A stretch of 42,615 bases of DNA from Cyanobacteria bacterium P01_D01_bin.156 (GTDB lineage Bacteria > Cyanobacteriota > Cyanobacteriia > Phormidesmidales > Phormidesmidaceae). The stretch is from assembly GCA_039024555.1 (NCBI GenBank), contig JBCCQQ010000055.1:1-42615 (forward strand). The letters are read 5' to 3'. Under the pieces are notes generated by a model that was given only the letters and a program-made list of their open reading frames with translations, was not told where the DNA came from and ran no database searches. This document shows positions 10,327-20,723 of this stretch, one piece after another. Within the stretch, counting starts at the first letter, position 1. Every line of letters starts with the position of its first letter. The translations under genes and the position numbers were made by a program.

Positions 10327-12822
10327 CTAAAAGCTGTCTCCTAAGGTGTAATAAGTCATCCAAATGGCCAAAGGTCGAAGATAGTGACAAGCGCGAAACG
10401 TTCCCATCGCCGTAATCGCTTCGGGGGTGCGAAACTGCAAACCATAGTCATAGATCTGTCGCACCACCGCTTCAGTAATGGCCATGGCTTTCTCCCGTTT
10501 ACCCATCTGAGCTAGAAAGGCCGCTAAGCCAAAGTTAATGCCGGTCCACACTTCCAGCTGGTGGGTATCGTCAGGATTTTCCGGTGAACCATCGGGCTTC
10601 ACACCGTTCGCCGCACCAATCGCCAAACCCAGCTGGGCAGCACTAAAGAATCCCGTTTGAGCCCCTTCAAACTTTTGATTCTGGGGCGCTGCATGGTTCG
10701 CCGCATACTGGTTGAATTTTACAAAACAGGCATCGTAAATCGTATCCAGGGCAATGTCGATATACTCCTCATCCACAATGTCTGGCAGACCCATGAGCCG
10801 AGCACAAAACTGACCACACAGCTGATCCGTCATCACGACATTAGAATTACTCTCGGAATCTAATCGGTAGAAGCTACCTGTCCACAGCTTGTTTTGGTAG
10901 ACAATCTTGCCCTGCTTAATCCAGCGCTGGTACTGGGATTTCACAATGGCAAAACTGCCGGAAATCTTGCGATGCTGCTGCAATAGGTCACCCATTTTAA
11001 TGGCAGCCTCCAGGGCCGCAATCCATAACCCGCCACAGTAAGCACTCAGTCCCTTGAGTTGCCAGTCATCAAAGGTTTGGTCCGGGGCACCGCCATTTTC
11101 GGGAACGCCGTCGCCGTCGTGGTCAAAGAGTTTTAGATATTGAATCGTTTCAGTCACCGCAGACCAGCATTCCGCCAAAAATTCGATGTCATTAGCGCCG
11201 GTCAGCACAAAGGCTCGATACACCTGCAGCACAAAGTCGCTGGGCAGATCTTTCCACTGGTTACAGTCCTGGTAGCTGGTATAGTTGGTGGCGATCCAGG
11301 GGTTTTCATTAGGGGCACCCAGATCATGGGGGGTAGCTCCTTTCAGCTTGCGGGGGGCCAAATGCTCTCCCTCACCAACGGTGTAGTAATAGCCAATGAT
11401 GCGCTTTTTGGGGTCTTCAGTGGGGATGGCTCGGGCAAAGGCACGGATAATGGCTTTTTCGAGTTCCGGCCACAGCATCAGGGTGGAAAATCCACCATAC
11501 AGCCGCACATCCAGACTTTCATACCAGCGATAGTCAATGCATTCTAAAATGCCAAACTGTCCCACCGGGTCGTCTTTGCTGGCAGCGGACCAGAGCGTGC
11601 CACCACTGGCCATGTTGTAGAGCTCATTAAACAGGGCCATTTTGAACCAGTCGGGCAAATCCGTACGGTCTAAAATCGGCTGCTGCCAATCGATAATGCT
11701 TTGTTGCCAAGTTTTATAGTTAGCCAAAGCCTCTTGAGCAATTTGCCAGGCATTGCGTCCAGAACGAGAGAAAAAGTCGGTGTAGCGTCGGTAGGCTTTT
11801 TTACCGGTGGCGAACTCGGTCACTGGTAAATCCCAGCTGAGAACAAAGGGAATGTCTTGGGTCTCTCCCGGAGCTAGGGTAATGCGGAGCGCGATCGCAC
11901 ATCCTACTTGGTCATCATCGTCTGCAGAAGTTGTATCAGCAACATTACTTAACACTCCATTCGCAGCAAAGCTTTCCCACAGATCCGTCCCATCGCCATC
12001 CGGCTGCCAGCGGGTGTGATAAGTAACCTCTCCCCCAACGGTTTCAGAAGACACCGCGATACAAAACTGACCATCTCCCTCTGTAGGACTGCCAGTCCAA
12101 GCACCGTCCATCACAATGCCGGTAGCCTCATCGCTGGTGACTAGCTGATTAAAATTCCCGCCGCTCTGTCCTAGCCGAGGCACATAGTCATAGAACGGGC
12201 TGCCATCTTCCCGCTGCTGAATTTCTGGCGATGTTTCAGAATTGGTAAACCATCCCACCATGTTCTGCCAGCTCAGGGCAATACTCAGGGTAATAGGCGA
12301 AGCCGTCGGATTATGGACCGTCCATACAAACACCGCTACCGGGTAGCTACTCTCCTGGTAGTTATGGGGCCAGATGGGCGAAAACTGTTCACAGGTAATC
12401 TGGGCTTGAAAAACATCCTCATAGCAGTACCAGCTGCGAGGATACAGCGCTTTATACGTGCCGCCTTGATGCTTTTGTGTTGGAGGTTCAGCCTTCTCCA
12501 GTCCGCTCGTCGGATATCCTAGCCAGCAGCCTGCCCCCGTTGTATCCATGGCATATGTCTGGGCATCCCCTACCGCTTCCTCGCGCACCAGAAACTGACA
12601 GGCGGGAAAGTGCTCAAAAATATGCTCACCACCGTCTAGGTGCCAGAGGTTAAAGGTGCCACTGGGAGACCGCCCAATACAGCCAGCCCCAAAACCACCT
12701 AGGGGAATTCCATGCTCTGGCCCATCATCTAAATTACTGGCGTATCGCACAATGTAGGGGGTATCCCATTTCGCACCGATGGGCCAGGTCCAGGCAACAG
12801 ATGGAATGTGGGGGGCGGACAT
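10327..12822 (-). CDS. GH116 glycoside hydrolase (non-lysosomal glucosylceramidase/GBA2-like beta-glucosidase)
   Basis: GIPLGGFGAGCIGR, ALYPRSW, LECIDYRWYESLDV, PHDLG, WKDLP, DQTFDDW, FRTPEA, HYLRPLAIW. Confidence 0.92.
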   Translation of the reverse strand: MSAPHIPSVAWTWPIGAKWDTPYIVRYASNLDDGPEHGIPLGGFGAGCIGRSPSGTFNLWHLDGGEHIFEHFPACQFLVREEAVGDAQTYAMDTTGAGCWLGYPTSGLEKAEPPTQKHQGGTYKALYPRSWYCYEDVFQAQITCEQFSPIWPHNYQESSYPVAVFVWTVHNPTASPITLSIALSWQNMVGWFTNSETSPEIQQREDGSPFYDYVPRLGQSGGNFNQLVTSDEATGIVMDGAWTGSPTEGDGQFCIAVSSETVGGEVTYHTRWQPDGDGTDLWESFAANGVLSNVADTTSADDDDQVGCAIALRITLAPGETQDIPFVLSWDLPVTEFATGKKAYRRYTDFFSRSGRNAWQIAQEALANYKTWQQSIIDWQQPILDRTDLPDWFKMALFNELYNMASGGTLWSAASKDDPVGQFGILECIDYRWYESLDVRLYGGFSTLMLWPELEKAIIRAFARAIPTEDPKKRIIGYYYTVGEGEHLAPRKLKGATPHDLGAPNENPWIATNYTSYQDCNQWKDLPSDFVLQVYRAFVLTGANDIEFLAECWSAVTETIQYLKLFDHDGDGVPENGGAPDQTFDDWQLKGLSAYCGGLWIAALEAAIKMGDLLQQHRKISGSFAIVKSQYQRWIKQGKIVYQNKLWTGSFYRLDSESNSNVVMTDQLCGQFCARLMGLPDIVDEEYIDIALDTIYDACFVKFNQYAANHAAPQNQKFEGAQTGFFSAAQLGLAIGAANGVKPDGSPENPDDTHQLEVWTGINFGLAAFLAQMGKREKAMAITEAVVRQIYDYGLQFRTPEAITAMGTFRACHYLRPLAIWMTYYTLGDSF

Positions 12823-13009
12823 AGAAAACCGTCAAAAACAGCAATCAGCATTCTATAGCGGCACCGCATCGATAGAATTTTGCCAAAAGGGTTTTGCCAC
12901 GATCGATGCCTAAAGAAACTTAGAGCATAAACACTCTGACCACAAAATAAGGCCAGTGCGCTAGCGTAGACCCTAAGGAAATAGCAAGCTTGGTGAGGGG
13001 AGGGACACC

Positions 13010-13834
13010 ATGAAACCGAACAAGGTCATTCAACCCATTAAGAAACCAATAAAACGGGTTAGTAACTGGTGTAGCCAACTCTGGGATGGTTTCAGTGGTA
13101 AAGATACACGCCGCCTCAAGCAGCTACAGCATCGCCTAACGCTTTCGCGAGAAAATGAAGCTAACCTAACTCAACAGCTGGAGGAATCAACGCAGCAATA
13201 TGCTCAACTGCAGCACGCCCTTGACCATCAACAAAGCTTACTCGCCAGCAGTCAACAGGCATTAGCAGCTTCACAACGGGAATGTCAGGAGCTCTGGCAA
13301 GAACTCGATGAGTTAGATGCCTTCGTCACCAAGAGTCACCTTCAAATTCAGAGCTTAAAAACTGAACTGGAAAACCGGACGTCTGCCCTAGCCAACTGCG
13401 AAGCGAATCTCGGTGTTTTACAACAGTCGAAGAGTGTGGAAGCAAGCTCTCCCATCACAGCGAACTTACCTGCAGAAACACCCGGCGCTAATTTAGCAAA
13501 GTGGAAAATTGGCTTTGTGGGCGGTCACGATGCCACCAGACGAGTCGTTACTCGTACTCTGCATGCGGATCATGGCCTCATTCACCCGCCCGTGGAAATT
13601 CCTCCTCATCACGATGCGAAAACATCCCAGAAACAGCTCAAGGATAAGTTAGCTGAATGTGATTTAGTGGTTTCGATTATTGGCTATTCCAGTCACACCC
13701 TGACCAAGTCCCTCTCTCAGCTGAAGGATAAGGGTGCTCTCAAAGCATCGATTTTGATTCCCAATAGCCGTGGTGTCAGCGGCGTGGTGCGCGACATCTT
13801 ATCGTTTGTCAATGCTAATCCAGATTTGGTCTAA
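13010..13834 (+). CDS. Coiled-coil protein with C-terminal DUF2325-like domain
   Basis: Gln/Leu-rich heptads at aa ~35-135; C-terminal IGFVGGH...CDLVVSIIGYSSH..T...SRGVSG. Confidence 0.75.
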   Translation: MKPNKVIQPIKKPIKRVSNWCSQLWDGFSGKDTRRLKQLQHRLTLSRENEANLTQQLEESTQQYAQLQHALDHQQSLLASSQQALAASQRECQELWQELDELDAFVTKSHLQIQSLKTELENRTSALANCEANLGVLQQSKSVEASSPITANLPAETPGANLAKWKIGFVGGHDATRRVVTRTLHADHGLIHPPVEIPPHHDAKTSQKQLKDKLAECDLVVSIIGYSSHTLTKSLSQLKDKGALKASILIPNSRGVSGVVRDILSFVNANPDLV

Positions 13835-14100
13835 GCATTGCTCACTAGAGCCAGCGATTGGCTACTCCAACCAGTAGCCCTAAGCGAAACAACTGCCACC
13901 CGACAAAGGCAATCAAAAACACAAATATGATGCGATTAGTGACATCTTTTGGAGTACTCATGGCGAGCAGAAGCATGATTTTCCTTCACTATAGTGTTTC
14001 AAAAAGAAACATGTCGTATGGCAACCGTTGAGTTTGTTTGAAAGAATGTGGCGTTTTTACCCGTACATCCTAGGATTGGTGCGTAGCATTCCCACACACC

Positions 14101-14631
14101 ATGGCAGATACTTTTCCCACCTTAGCTAGCCTCGACCTACAGCCTTACCTGATGGATGGGGAACTGCCCACGGAATTCAATGGGAAAGTAGGAATATATG
14201 CCATTTTTGACCAGACACAACAGCTGCAGTATGTGGGCTATTCCAGAGATATTAGCGTGGGTCTGCTACAGCATCTGGTGCGCTGTCCCCACCAATGTCA
14301 CTGGTTTAAGGTGCATACGGTGGAGCGCCCTAGTCGCACAGTCCTAGAAGGCATCCGCACAACATGGTTATCAGAATATGACGCTGTACCTCCAGGGAAT
14401 AGCGATCAGCAGTTGGCTTGGGAAAAGCCAATTGATGCAAAGGCTTTTATGACAGAAGACGAACGGGATGCGATCGCAAATGCCGACCCAGCTAGCACCC
14501 CCAAACTACTCAAACAACTCGCCCGCCGTGTAGAAGCCGATGTGAAAGCCAGTGTGGCAGACCGTGGTGCCCAAATGGCCATAAAGTTCAACCCTAAACT
14601 CAAAGAGCAAGGACTGCTGTCTCTAAAGTAG
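14101..14631 (+). CDS. GIY-YIG nuclease family protein (cyanobacterial type)
   Basis: GIYAIFD...LQYVGYSRD motif, PPGN, C-terminal FNPKLKEQGLL. Confidence 0.85.
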   Translation: MADTFPTLASLDLQPYLMDGELPTEFNGKVGIYAIFDQTQQLQYVGYSRDISVGLLQHLVRCPHQCHWFKVHTVERPSRTVLEGIRTTWLSEYDAVPPGNSDQQLAWEKPIDAKAFMTEDERDAIANADPASTPKLLKQLARRVEADVKASVADRGAQMAIKFNPKLKEQGLLSLK

Positions 14632-14638
14632 GTAACGT

Positions 14639-16459
14639 TTAAAGTCGGGCCGTCACATCCCACAGGACCCAATTCTCTTGTTGCTCAACCACAGTACCGG
14701 GTATCTCTGGATGCCAGTCCTGGTGGGTAAGAATGTGGGTGGCTCCATACTTAGCTGCGATCGCTGCCACATCTGACGAGGTTTGCTGTTGAAACCGCTG
14801 CGTCAGCGATCCTTCTAAATTAGCCGTCAGCGGTCCCACCAAGTCTTCCATACGCTGCTGCCAGGTAACCATTCCCGCATCCGTAAACGGATAGCCCTTA
14901 AAGTTGGCTACCACAGAACGCTGGCTGTAATAACGAAACAACAATTCGGACGGCGGTACCAATACCAGAGCATCCTTGGGTGAGTCTTCACGAAAACGGA
15001 CTGCCAATGCTTTGACGGGTTTGTCTACTAAAGGCTCTAGCTTAATCGCTCGGTGAAAGGGACCCAAGCTACGATGGGAAACTACACCACCCAGATGCAA
15101 CATTACAAATACAGCACTCGCCGCTGTAACTACATAGGCCCCTAACCGCAGGCGCTTCAACGTAATCGGAAACTCATTGACCAAAAACGGATAGGCAAAG
15201 CTCAAAAACACTACCAGATGGTAGGTATAGGTCACCGTCAGAATAATGGCAAACAGCGTATAACCCACCCAAGGACTCTTTTGCAACCAGCGATCCAACG
15301 GCTGCAGCTCTTTCCACCGCAACGGCAATACCGTCAACAAAACCACGATCAGGGTGAGCAGAGCACCCAAGTTATCAATAACTGGCGTGACAATCAGTAG
15401 CAGCGCCAGGGCCTTATGTCCTCGATCATACTGGTCCGATGCATAGACTGCGATCGCAGCTAGAGACATCAGCAACATAAACGGCGTCACTCGGGCAAAC
15501 TGCAACTTGGCCACGGTGGCCACCGGATACAGTTCCACAAATACATAGCCAATGGCGAGTAAACCACAGCCCGTCAGCAGTGTGCATCCTAGGGTGATCT
15601 TATGGTGCGCCTGCAACCGCTGAGAGCCATAGAGACACGCTACCCCCGCCAGTAAAAAGTAGAGAAACCGCAACCACCCATCCCCAGGAAACGACGACAA
15701 AATAATGTGGTGGGGATGGCGCACATAGCCATAGAGCCAAATAAAATCAGCATCGCTAAACAAGTCGCTGCCCGTATTGCCGCTTAGCACCATGGGACTG
15801 TACACCAGCCCTGCCAGCAACAGCAGCACACCCCAAGCCCACAGCACCTGCCGCCACCGTTTTTCTCGCACACTGTGAATAATCAAAGCCGGTGTGAGTA
15901 ACACCCCAGGCAAAATACCAATTAAAAACTGCAGCAAACAGCTAACGCCTAGCAGGCCGTATCCCCGTACCCATCGCTGTTGCAAACAAAAGTAAATGCC
16001 CCATATGGCAATGCCAATGGCATAGGCACTGGGGGCAGGGGACCGCTGAAATAGAAAATTGAACCCTACGGTGCCATCGGCCACGGCAAGTCCTAAAAAG
16101 GCTAGTGTGGCTGCCGCTAGATGAGACTGACCCAAGTGACGACCAATGGCATACAGGCCCAAACTAAACCCAGCAAATGCGATCGCAAAATAGATAAAAC
16201 AAACCACCGGTAAACCCAAGCCCAGCTTTACCAGCAGTGCCAGCGCATAGTAGTAGTAAGATCGCGGCGTAAACTGGGTCATCTCCTGCACATAGAAATC
16301 CTGACTGTAGAGAGTGGGATCCAGCAGGGCCATGACCGCAGGCATCTGATTAAAGATATTGGGTCGAGAAAAGCGATAGCCATAGGCCACTAGAGCACAC
16401 AGCGCCATGGCCACCTGGGTCAACCAGGGCGGTGCACTCATTGTTTTGTCAAAGGCCAT
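14639..16459 (-). CDS. Polytopic membrane protein (DUF6798-like, possibly GT-C related)
   Basis: DPTLYSQDF, YVRHPHH, FRYYSQRSVVANFK..P....W..R; more than 12 TM helices. Confidence 0.7.
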   Translation of the reverse strand: MAFDKTMSAPPWLTQVAMALCALVAYGYRFSRPNIFNQMPAVMALLDPTLYSQDFYVQEMTQFTPRSYYYYALALLVKLGLGLPVVCFIYFAIAFAGFSLGLYAIGRHLGQSHLAAATLAFLGLAVADGTVGFNFLFQRSPAPSAYAIGIAIWGIYFCLQQRWVRGYGLLGVSCLLQFLIGILPGVLLTPALIIHSVREKRWRQVLWAWGVLLLLAGLVYSPMVLSGNTGSDLFSDADFIWLYGYVRHPHHIILSSFPGDGWLRFLYFLLAGVACLYGSQRLQAHHKITLGCTLLTGCGLLAIGYVFVELYPVATVAKLQFARVTPFMLLMSLAAIAVYASDQYDRGHKALALLLIVTPVIDNLGALLTLIVVLLTVLPLRWKELQPLDRWLQKSPWVGYTLFAIILTVTYTYHLVVFLSFAYPFLVNEFPITLKRLRLGAYVVTAASAVFVMLHLGGVVSHRSLGPFHRAIKLEPLVDKPVKALAVRFREDSPKDALVLVPPSELLFRYYSQRSVVANFKGYPFTDAGMVTWQQRMEDLVGPLTANLEGSLTQRFQQQTSSDVAAIAAKYGATHILTHQDWHPEIPGTVVEQQENWVLWDVTARL

Positions 16460-16512
16460 GGCAGTACTATCGTTGCAGTCTAAAAATCAGATTACAGCAG
16501 CTCAAGCCGCCC

Positions 16513-16553
16513 ATTAAAAAAGAAGCCAACCCGCAGGCTAGCTCCTTTTTAAT
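16513..16553 (-). terminator. Rho-independent terminator downstream of the DUF4079 gene
   Basis: Minus strand reads aaaaaggagctagcc-tgcg-ggttggcttc-tttttt: stem with G-U pairs followed by a U-tract. Confidence 0.7.
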
Positions 16554-16585
16554 CAAAGATTTTTCAAAATGCTCAAGGGCAATAT

Positions 16586-17071
16586 TTAGAAGGTAATGCC
16601 AAAAACATTCGCTAGAATGCGCTGCATGATCTCCATACCCGTAAAAGCCTGCCAGCCAAACAGTCCCACAATCACTAGGTTCAGACTGATATGAGTCAAC
16701 CGAGCAGTCTCATTACCTCGCTGCATAAAGGGCACCAAGGAAGCGGCAACCGCAATTAATCCAGTCATGCCCAGACCAGCTAACAGGTGAGGTCCCACAA
16801 ACAATTTGCCGTTGTTGATATAGGTGACGGCCATACCACCAATAGTTCCTAACACCATCAGAGCCAGAATCACAGAGCCCAGTTGATGATGCTTGATGGT
16901 AAATTTGCCCTTGATTAACTCTTTCTTTTCTTCACCAGTGACATAGCGCACTTTGCGGCTTTTGCTACCCAGATAGGCGGCATATATGGTCAGTCCAAAC
17001 AGGACCCACATCATCAAAGGATGGAAAAAATTTAAATAAGGCTTAATCGCTTCAAAGGTATCAGCGCTCAT
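16586..17071 (-). CDS. DUF4079 family membrane protein
   Basis: FFHPLMMW, HHQLGS, GKLFVGPHLLAGL, HISLN...WQAFTG; conserved His residues in TM helices. Confidence 0.85.
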   Translation of the reverse strand: MSADTFEAIKPYLNFFHPLMMWVLFGLTIYAAYLGSKSRKVRYVTGEEKKELIKGKFTIKHHQLGSVILALMVLGTIGGMAVTYINNGKLFVGPHLLAGLGMTGLIAVAASLVPFMQRGNETARLTHISLNLVIVGLFGWQAFTGMEIMQRILANVFGITF

Positions 17072-17305
17072 GGTGGGTGATTAAAATTAACGCGTTATAA
17101 AACTTAGTATATGGTGATTGCCCCTATTTCGCTGTGGCATGGGAGCTATTTTGATGGGCATTGACCCCCTATACGCCATTACTTGAAGAGCATAGACAAG
17201 CGATGTTGCTCAGGTCATTTCGAGAAAGATTTGCCAAAATGAGCCCAAGGGATCGCCCAAAAAGCCCTTGCACATAGTCAGCACCTTTCGTTATTCCATA
17301 TCACC

Positions 17306-19039
17306 ATGAAGGCACGTCAACGGTTTGCCGTACTCCTCGCTATAGGTTTTGCAATTACCCTACTGCTGAGCCCTGTGCTGCCTGGTCGTGCCGCCAGCCC
17401 CGAGAGCCCTGACCATATCGTGCAAACCGGTGAGGCTCCAGACGCGACGGCAGAACCTGTGGACACGGTGGAAACCACAGATATGCCAGACGGGGCAACC
17501 TCCACTGCCGAAGATGCAGATGCAGCGGAAGAATTCGATCCAGAAGCAGCTGCCGCAGAGCAGGAAACTTGGTTTCAACGAGAGCTAATTGTTGAAGCAG
17601 ACCGTCTATATCTAGCGGGCGATATTGCCGCTGCCGAAGAACTGTATCGAGAAGCCAAAACCTTTGGCTGGCGCAATGAAGACGATCTGGACAATATTCC
17701 AGCAGAGCCATTTTATAATCCCGCAGAACTTTCTCCCGCTGGCGGTGTTTACTGGCGTGAAGCAAATCTGGGTATTGAGGCAGGGAGAGAATCACAAACA
17801 TTGATTCCCCTGGGGTTGATTACGGAAGAAATTCCCGCCTTTATCCCTGGCCATCTGCTCTACGCCGAACTGCTCCAAACCTACGAACGGCCAGAAGACG
17901 CCGAGGTCGTTCTAGAAAAGGCGCTGACTCTATACCCCTACGAGGCGGACCTGCTAAGCGCTCAAATTGAGCTCATGATGCTTCAAGAAGAGTGGATCGA
18001 GGCATCTATTGCATCCCGTCAGTTTGCTCTGCTTAATCCTGACCATCCGGACTCCGAGCACTATGCAGCACTGGCCGATGACAATCTGCGTCGGTTTAAG
18101 TCAGCCACCAATGCCCGCATTCGTAATAATGCGATCGCAAATATATTTACGGGAGCCGCAGGCTACATTCTCACAGGCGGTCTCTACGGTCCCTTTACCG
18201 CACTCAACTCTAGTCTGATTCTGCTCCAGGGTGAGAAATCCCTTGGCGCATCCGTTGCCCAATCTGCCCGCGAACAGCTGCCTTTATCTAAAGATGAGGA
18301 CCTACTGGCCTATGTTCGTGGCATTGGTCATAAGCTAGCGACCGTGGCCGGTCGAGATGACTTTGACTACACCTTTGATGTTGTTCTAGACCCTAATCTC
18401 AATGCCTTTGCCCTACCCGGCGGCAAAATCTTTGTGAATGCTGGGGCTATTCTCGACACCGACTCCGAAGCAGAACTAGCCGGTCTCTTGGGACACGAAA
18501 TTTCCCATGCCGTTCTTTCCCATGGCTTTCAGATGGTTACCCGAGGCAACCTCACCGCCAGTCTCACCCAATATTTGCCTTTACCGGGTTTAGTAACCAA
18601 TGCCATCGTCTCTGGCTATTCACGGCAAATGGAACGTCAGGCAGATATTGTCGGTACCCAGATTTTAGCCTCTAGTGGCTATGCCGCTGATGGCATGCAT
18701 GGCTTAATGCTGGCCCTGGATAACCGGTATGGCGATCGCCAAGGAGTACCCTGGTTAGCCTCTCACCCCGCCCCACAGGAGCGAGTAGATTACCTCCAAG
18801 CGATTGTCGAAAATGGTGGCTACAATCGCTATGCCTATGAGGGGGTGCTGGATCACGAAGCCATGCAAACCAGAGCTGAAGTAGAACTGGCCGCCTACGA
18901 AGAAGAAAATGGCGACATCTTAGAAGATGAAACCGTTGCCGATGACGAAGAAATAGAAGCCGCCGTAGAAGAGGTCAAGCAAGAACAAGAAGAAGCCTTG
19001 GAAGCACCCACTGCCCCTGGTGAAAACAGTGGTGAGTAA
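17306..19039 (+). CDS. M48 family zinc metallopeptidase with signal peptide, TPR-like region and acidic tails
   Basis: NAFALPGG, ELAGLLGHEISH (HExxH), YSRQMERQAD, SHP; N-terminal signal peptide. Confidence 0.9.
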   Translation: MKARQRFAVLLAIGFAITLLLSPVLPGRAASPESPDHIVQTGEAPDATAEPVDTVETTDMPDGATSTAEDADAAEEFDPEAAAAEQETWFQRELIVEADRLYLAGDIAAAEELYREAKTFGWRNEDDLDNIPAEPFYNPAELSPAGGVYWREANLGIEAGRESQTLIPLGLITEEIPAFIPGHLLYAELLQTYERPEDAEVVLEKALTLYPYEADLLSAQIELMMLQEEWIEASIASRQFALLNPDHPDSEHYAALADDNLRRFKSATNARIRNNAIANIFTGAAGYILTGGLYGPFTALNSSLILLQGEKSLGASVAQSAREQLPLSKDEDLLAYVRGIGHKLATVAGRDDFDYTFDVVLDPNLNAFALPGGKIFVNAGAILDTDSEAELAGLLGHEISHAVLSHGFQMVTRGNLTASLTQYLPLPGLVTNAIVSGYSRQMERQADIVGTQILASSGYAADGMHGLMLALDNRYGDRQGVPWLASHPAPQERVDYLQAIVENGGYNRYAYEGVLDHEAMQTRAEVELAAYEEENGDILEDETVADDEEIEAAVEEVKQEQEEALEAPTAPGENSGE

Positions 19040-19057
19040 TGGGATAAACTGAGCTGC

Positions 19058-19543
19058 ATGGCAGATCAGGAACTACGGCTAGCCAAATACTTAACAGCAG
19101 GCGTCGCTTTTCTATTGGTGGTGCTAGGTGGCGGCGTATGGCCCCTGATTTGGTGGGGGATGTATTCCAGTGGAGATCGCGCCCCAAAGCCCCAGGTCAA
19201 GCGGTTCGAACTCCGTGTCCAAGACATTAACGGGCAGGAATATATCCTGCGACCCATGGACCTTTATACCCTGGATGATGATTCATCTAGCCAGGCGGCT
19301 GGGCACCGGCTAGTGAAGCGTTCCGCCATTGGCACAGAGGCGCAAAAAGCGGTCTATCGTCCATACCTCATGCGACGACTCGAATTTTTATTAGATACAC
19401 CCATTCAGGAAGTTGAAGCTTGGCAAAACATCTGGAACGTTGATTACAGTCAGCACCCACCCATTGCAATTGAGCAGCCAGCAGAGACAGTATTTGTAGA
19501 TCGGTTTAATGCGGATTCTTTTGACTCAGCACGTTCCCGATAG
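19058..19543 (+). CDS. Small membrane-anchored partner of HTTM protein, copy 1 (SdpA-like position)
   Basis: N-terminal TM followed by WPLIWWGMYS, LRPMDLYTLDDDSS, HPPI; paralog of 20724 and 22445. Confidence 0.8.
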   Translation: MADQELRLAKYLTAGVAFLLVVLGGGVWPLIWWGMYSSGDRAPKPQVKRFELRVQDINGQEYILRPMDLYTLDDDSSSQAAGHRLVKRSAIGTEAQKAVYRPYLMRRLEFLLDTPIQEVEAWQNIWNVDYSQHPPIAIEQPAETVFVDRFNADSFDSARSR

Positions 19544-19549
19544 TCCCCT

Positions 19550-20698
19550 ATGAAATTTGTTCAGCATCTTGAGCACCGCTATGTCCGTTGGCTGACCCGT
19601 CCAGCTAAAAATGCAGCTGGACGCATGGGGCTATATCGAATTGTGTATAGCCTTTTCTATCTGTGGTTTCTCAGCCCCATGAAGTTTAGTGAGCTGGGCA
19701 TAGTCCCCACAGATCTTTGGGAACCCACTATGCTATTTGGCTGGTTATCGCCGCTGCCCAGCATGGGCTATCCCGCCATGGAAATTCTCCTGGTAATGGC
19801 CTTAGTCCTGCTCTTAGTGGGTTACCAAACTCGCATCGCCACCCTGGTCGTTTTCATCCTGGGCTTTGGGTTAACTGTTTTTCGCACCGGGCTACTCACC
19901 CAAGAAAGTACTTTGATGGTTACGGTGTTCTACGTGCCCCTGTTTATGATCATGTCTCGCTGGGGGGCCACCTATTCGATCGATGCTGTACTCAGACAAA
20001 AACAAGGGCTGCCTGCAATCGAGCCAAAAGATTCTTCCTGGCGTTATATCTGGCCTGCCCGCAGTCTCCTGGTGATTATATCTCTGCTGTTTTTATCGGC
20101 AGCCGTCACAAAATTCAATCGGATGGATTGGCTCGTCAATCCTCGATTTGTCGGTGATTTTGTCCTTTCAAAGGGGGTGAGGAGCTATCTCACCAGTGGT
20201 TTTCCGGTACATCCTCTTGGACCCTGGCTTGGGCAACAAGATGTTTTGGTCATCCCTGCTCAGTATGTGGTGTTGTTATTTGAAAGTGTCTTTGTTCTAA
20301 TCCTTTTTAGCCGTGTAGCCCAGGCGATTATCCTGCGACTGACTCCCATCTTCCACAGCTTTAATACACTGCTGCTGGGTATTCCATTTATATCGGTGCT
20401 GAGCATATACGCCGCATTTCCAGATTGGCAAAGTCTCTATGAACAGTTCTACCCCAAGGCTTTAAGACTAAAAGGACTAGAAAAGCTACCATCAACTGTC
20501 TTAAGGTCCGGCCCTATTATTTTGGCAATTACCATCGGCGCACTGTGGAATACCACTCCATTTCCCCGTTTATTCTTTGGCTGGTTTAACCTGTTTAGCT
20601 ATCAAACCTTTTGGTTTGCCCTGCTGCCGTTTTGCTTAGTTTGGAGCTTGAGACCGCTGTGGCAGGAGTCGGCTAAATTACTGACCGAGCGCCTGTAG
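19550..20698 (+). CDS. HTTM-domain membrane protein (vitamin-K-dependent carboxylase/SdpB-like), copy 1
   Basis: GLYRI, LVGYQTR, YSID, WP, SAAVTKF...W, LLFE, IFH...LGIPF: the motif order of the HTTM family. Confidence 0.78.
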   Translation: MKFVQHLEHRYVRWLTRPAKNAAGRMGLYRIVYSLFYLWFLSPMKFSELGIVPTDLWEPTMLFGWLSPLPSMGYPAMEILLVMALVLLLVGYQTRIATLVVFILGFGLTVFRTGLLTQESTLMVTVFYVPLFMIMSRWGATYSIDAVLRQKQGLPAIEPKDSSWRYIWPARSLLVIISLLFLSAAVTKFNRMDWLVNPRFVGDFVLSKGVRSYLTSGFPVHPLGPWLGQQDVLVIPAQYVVLLFESVFVLILFSRVAQAIILRLTPIFHSFNTLLLGIPFISVLSIYAAFPDWQSLYEQFYPKALRLKGLEKLPSTVLRSGPIILAITIGALWNTTPFPRLFFGWFNLFSYQTFWFALLPFCLVWSLRPLWQESAKLLTERL

Positions 20699-20723
20699 AG
20701 TCATGAAATCACCTGCTTAAATC

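Noticed and set aside
14101..14631. GIY-YIG protein as a homing endonuclease or mobile element
   Set aside because: Stand-alone gene with host-like composition and a HIP1 site; no intron, intein or flanking repeats
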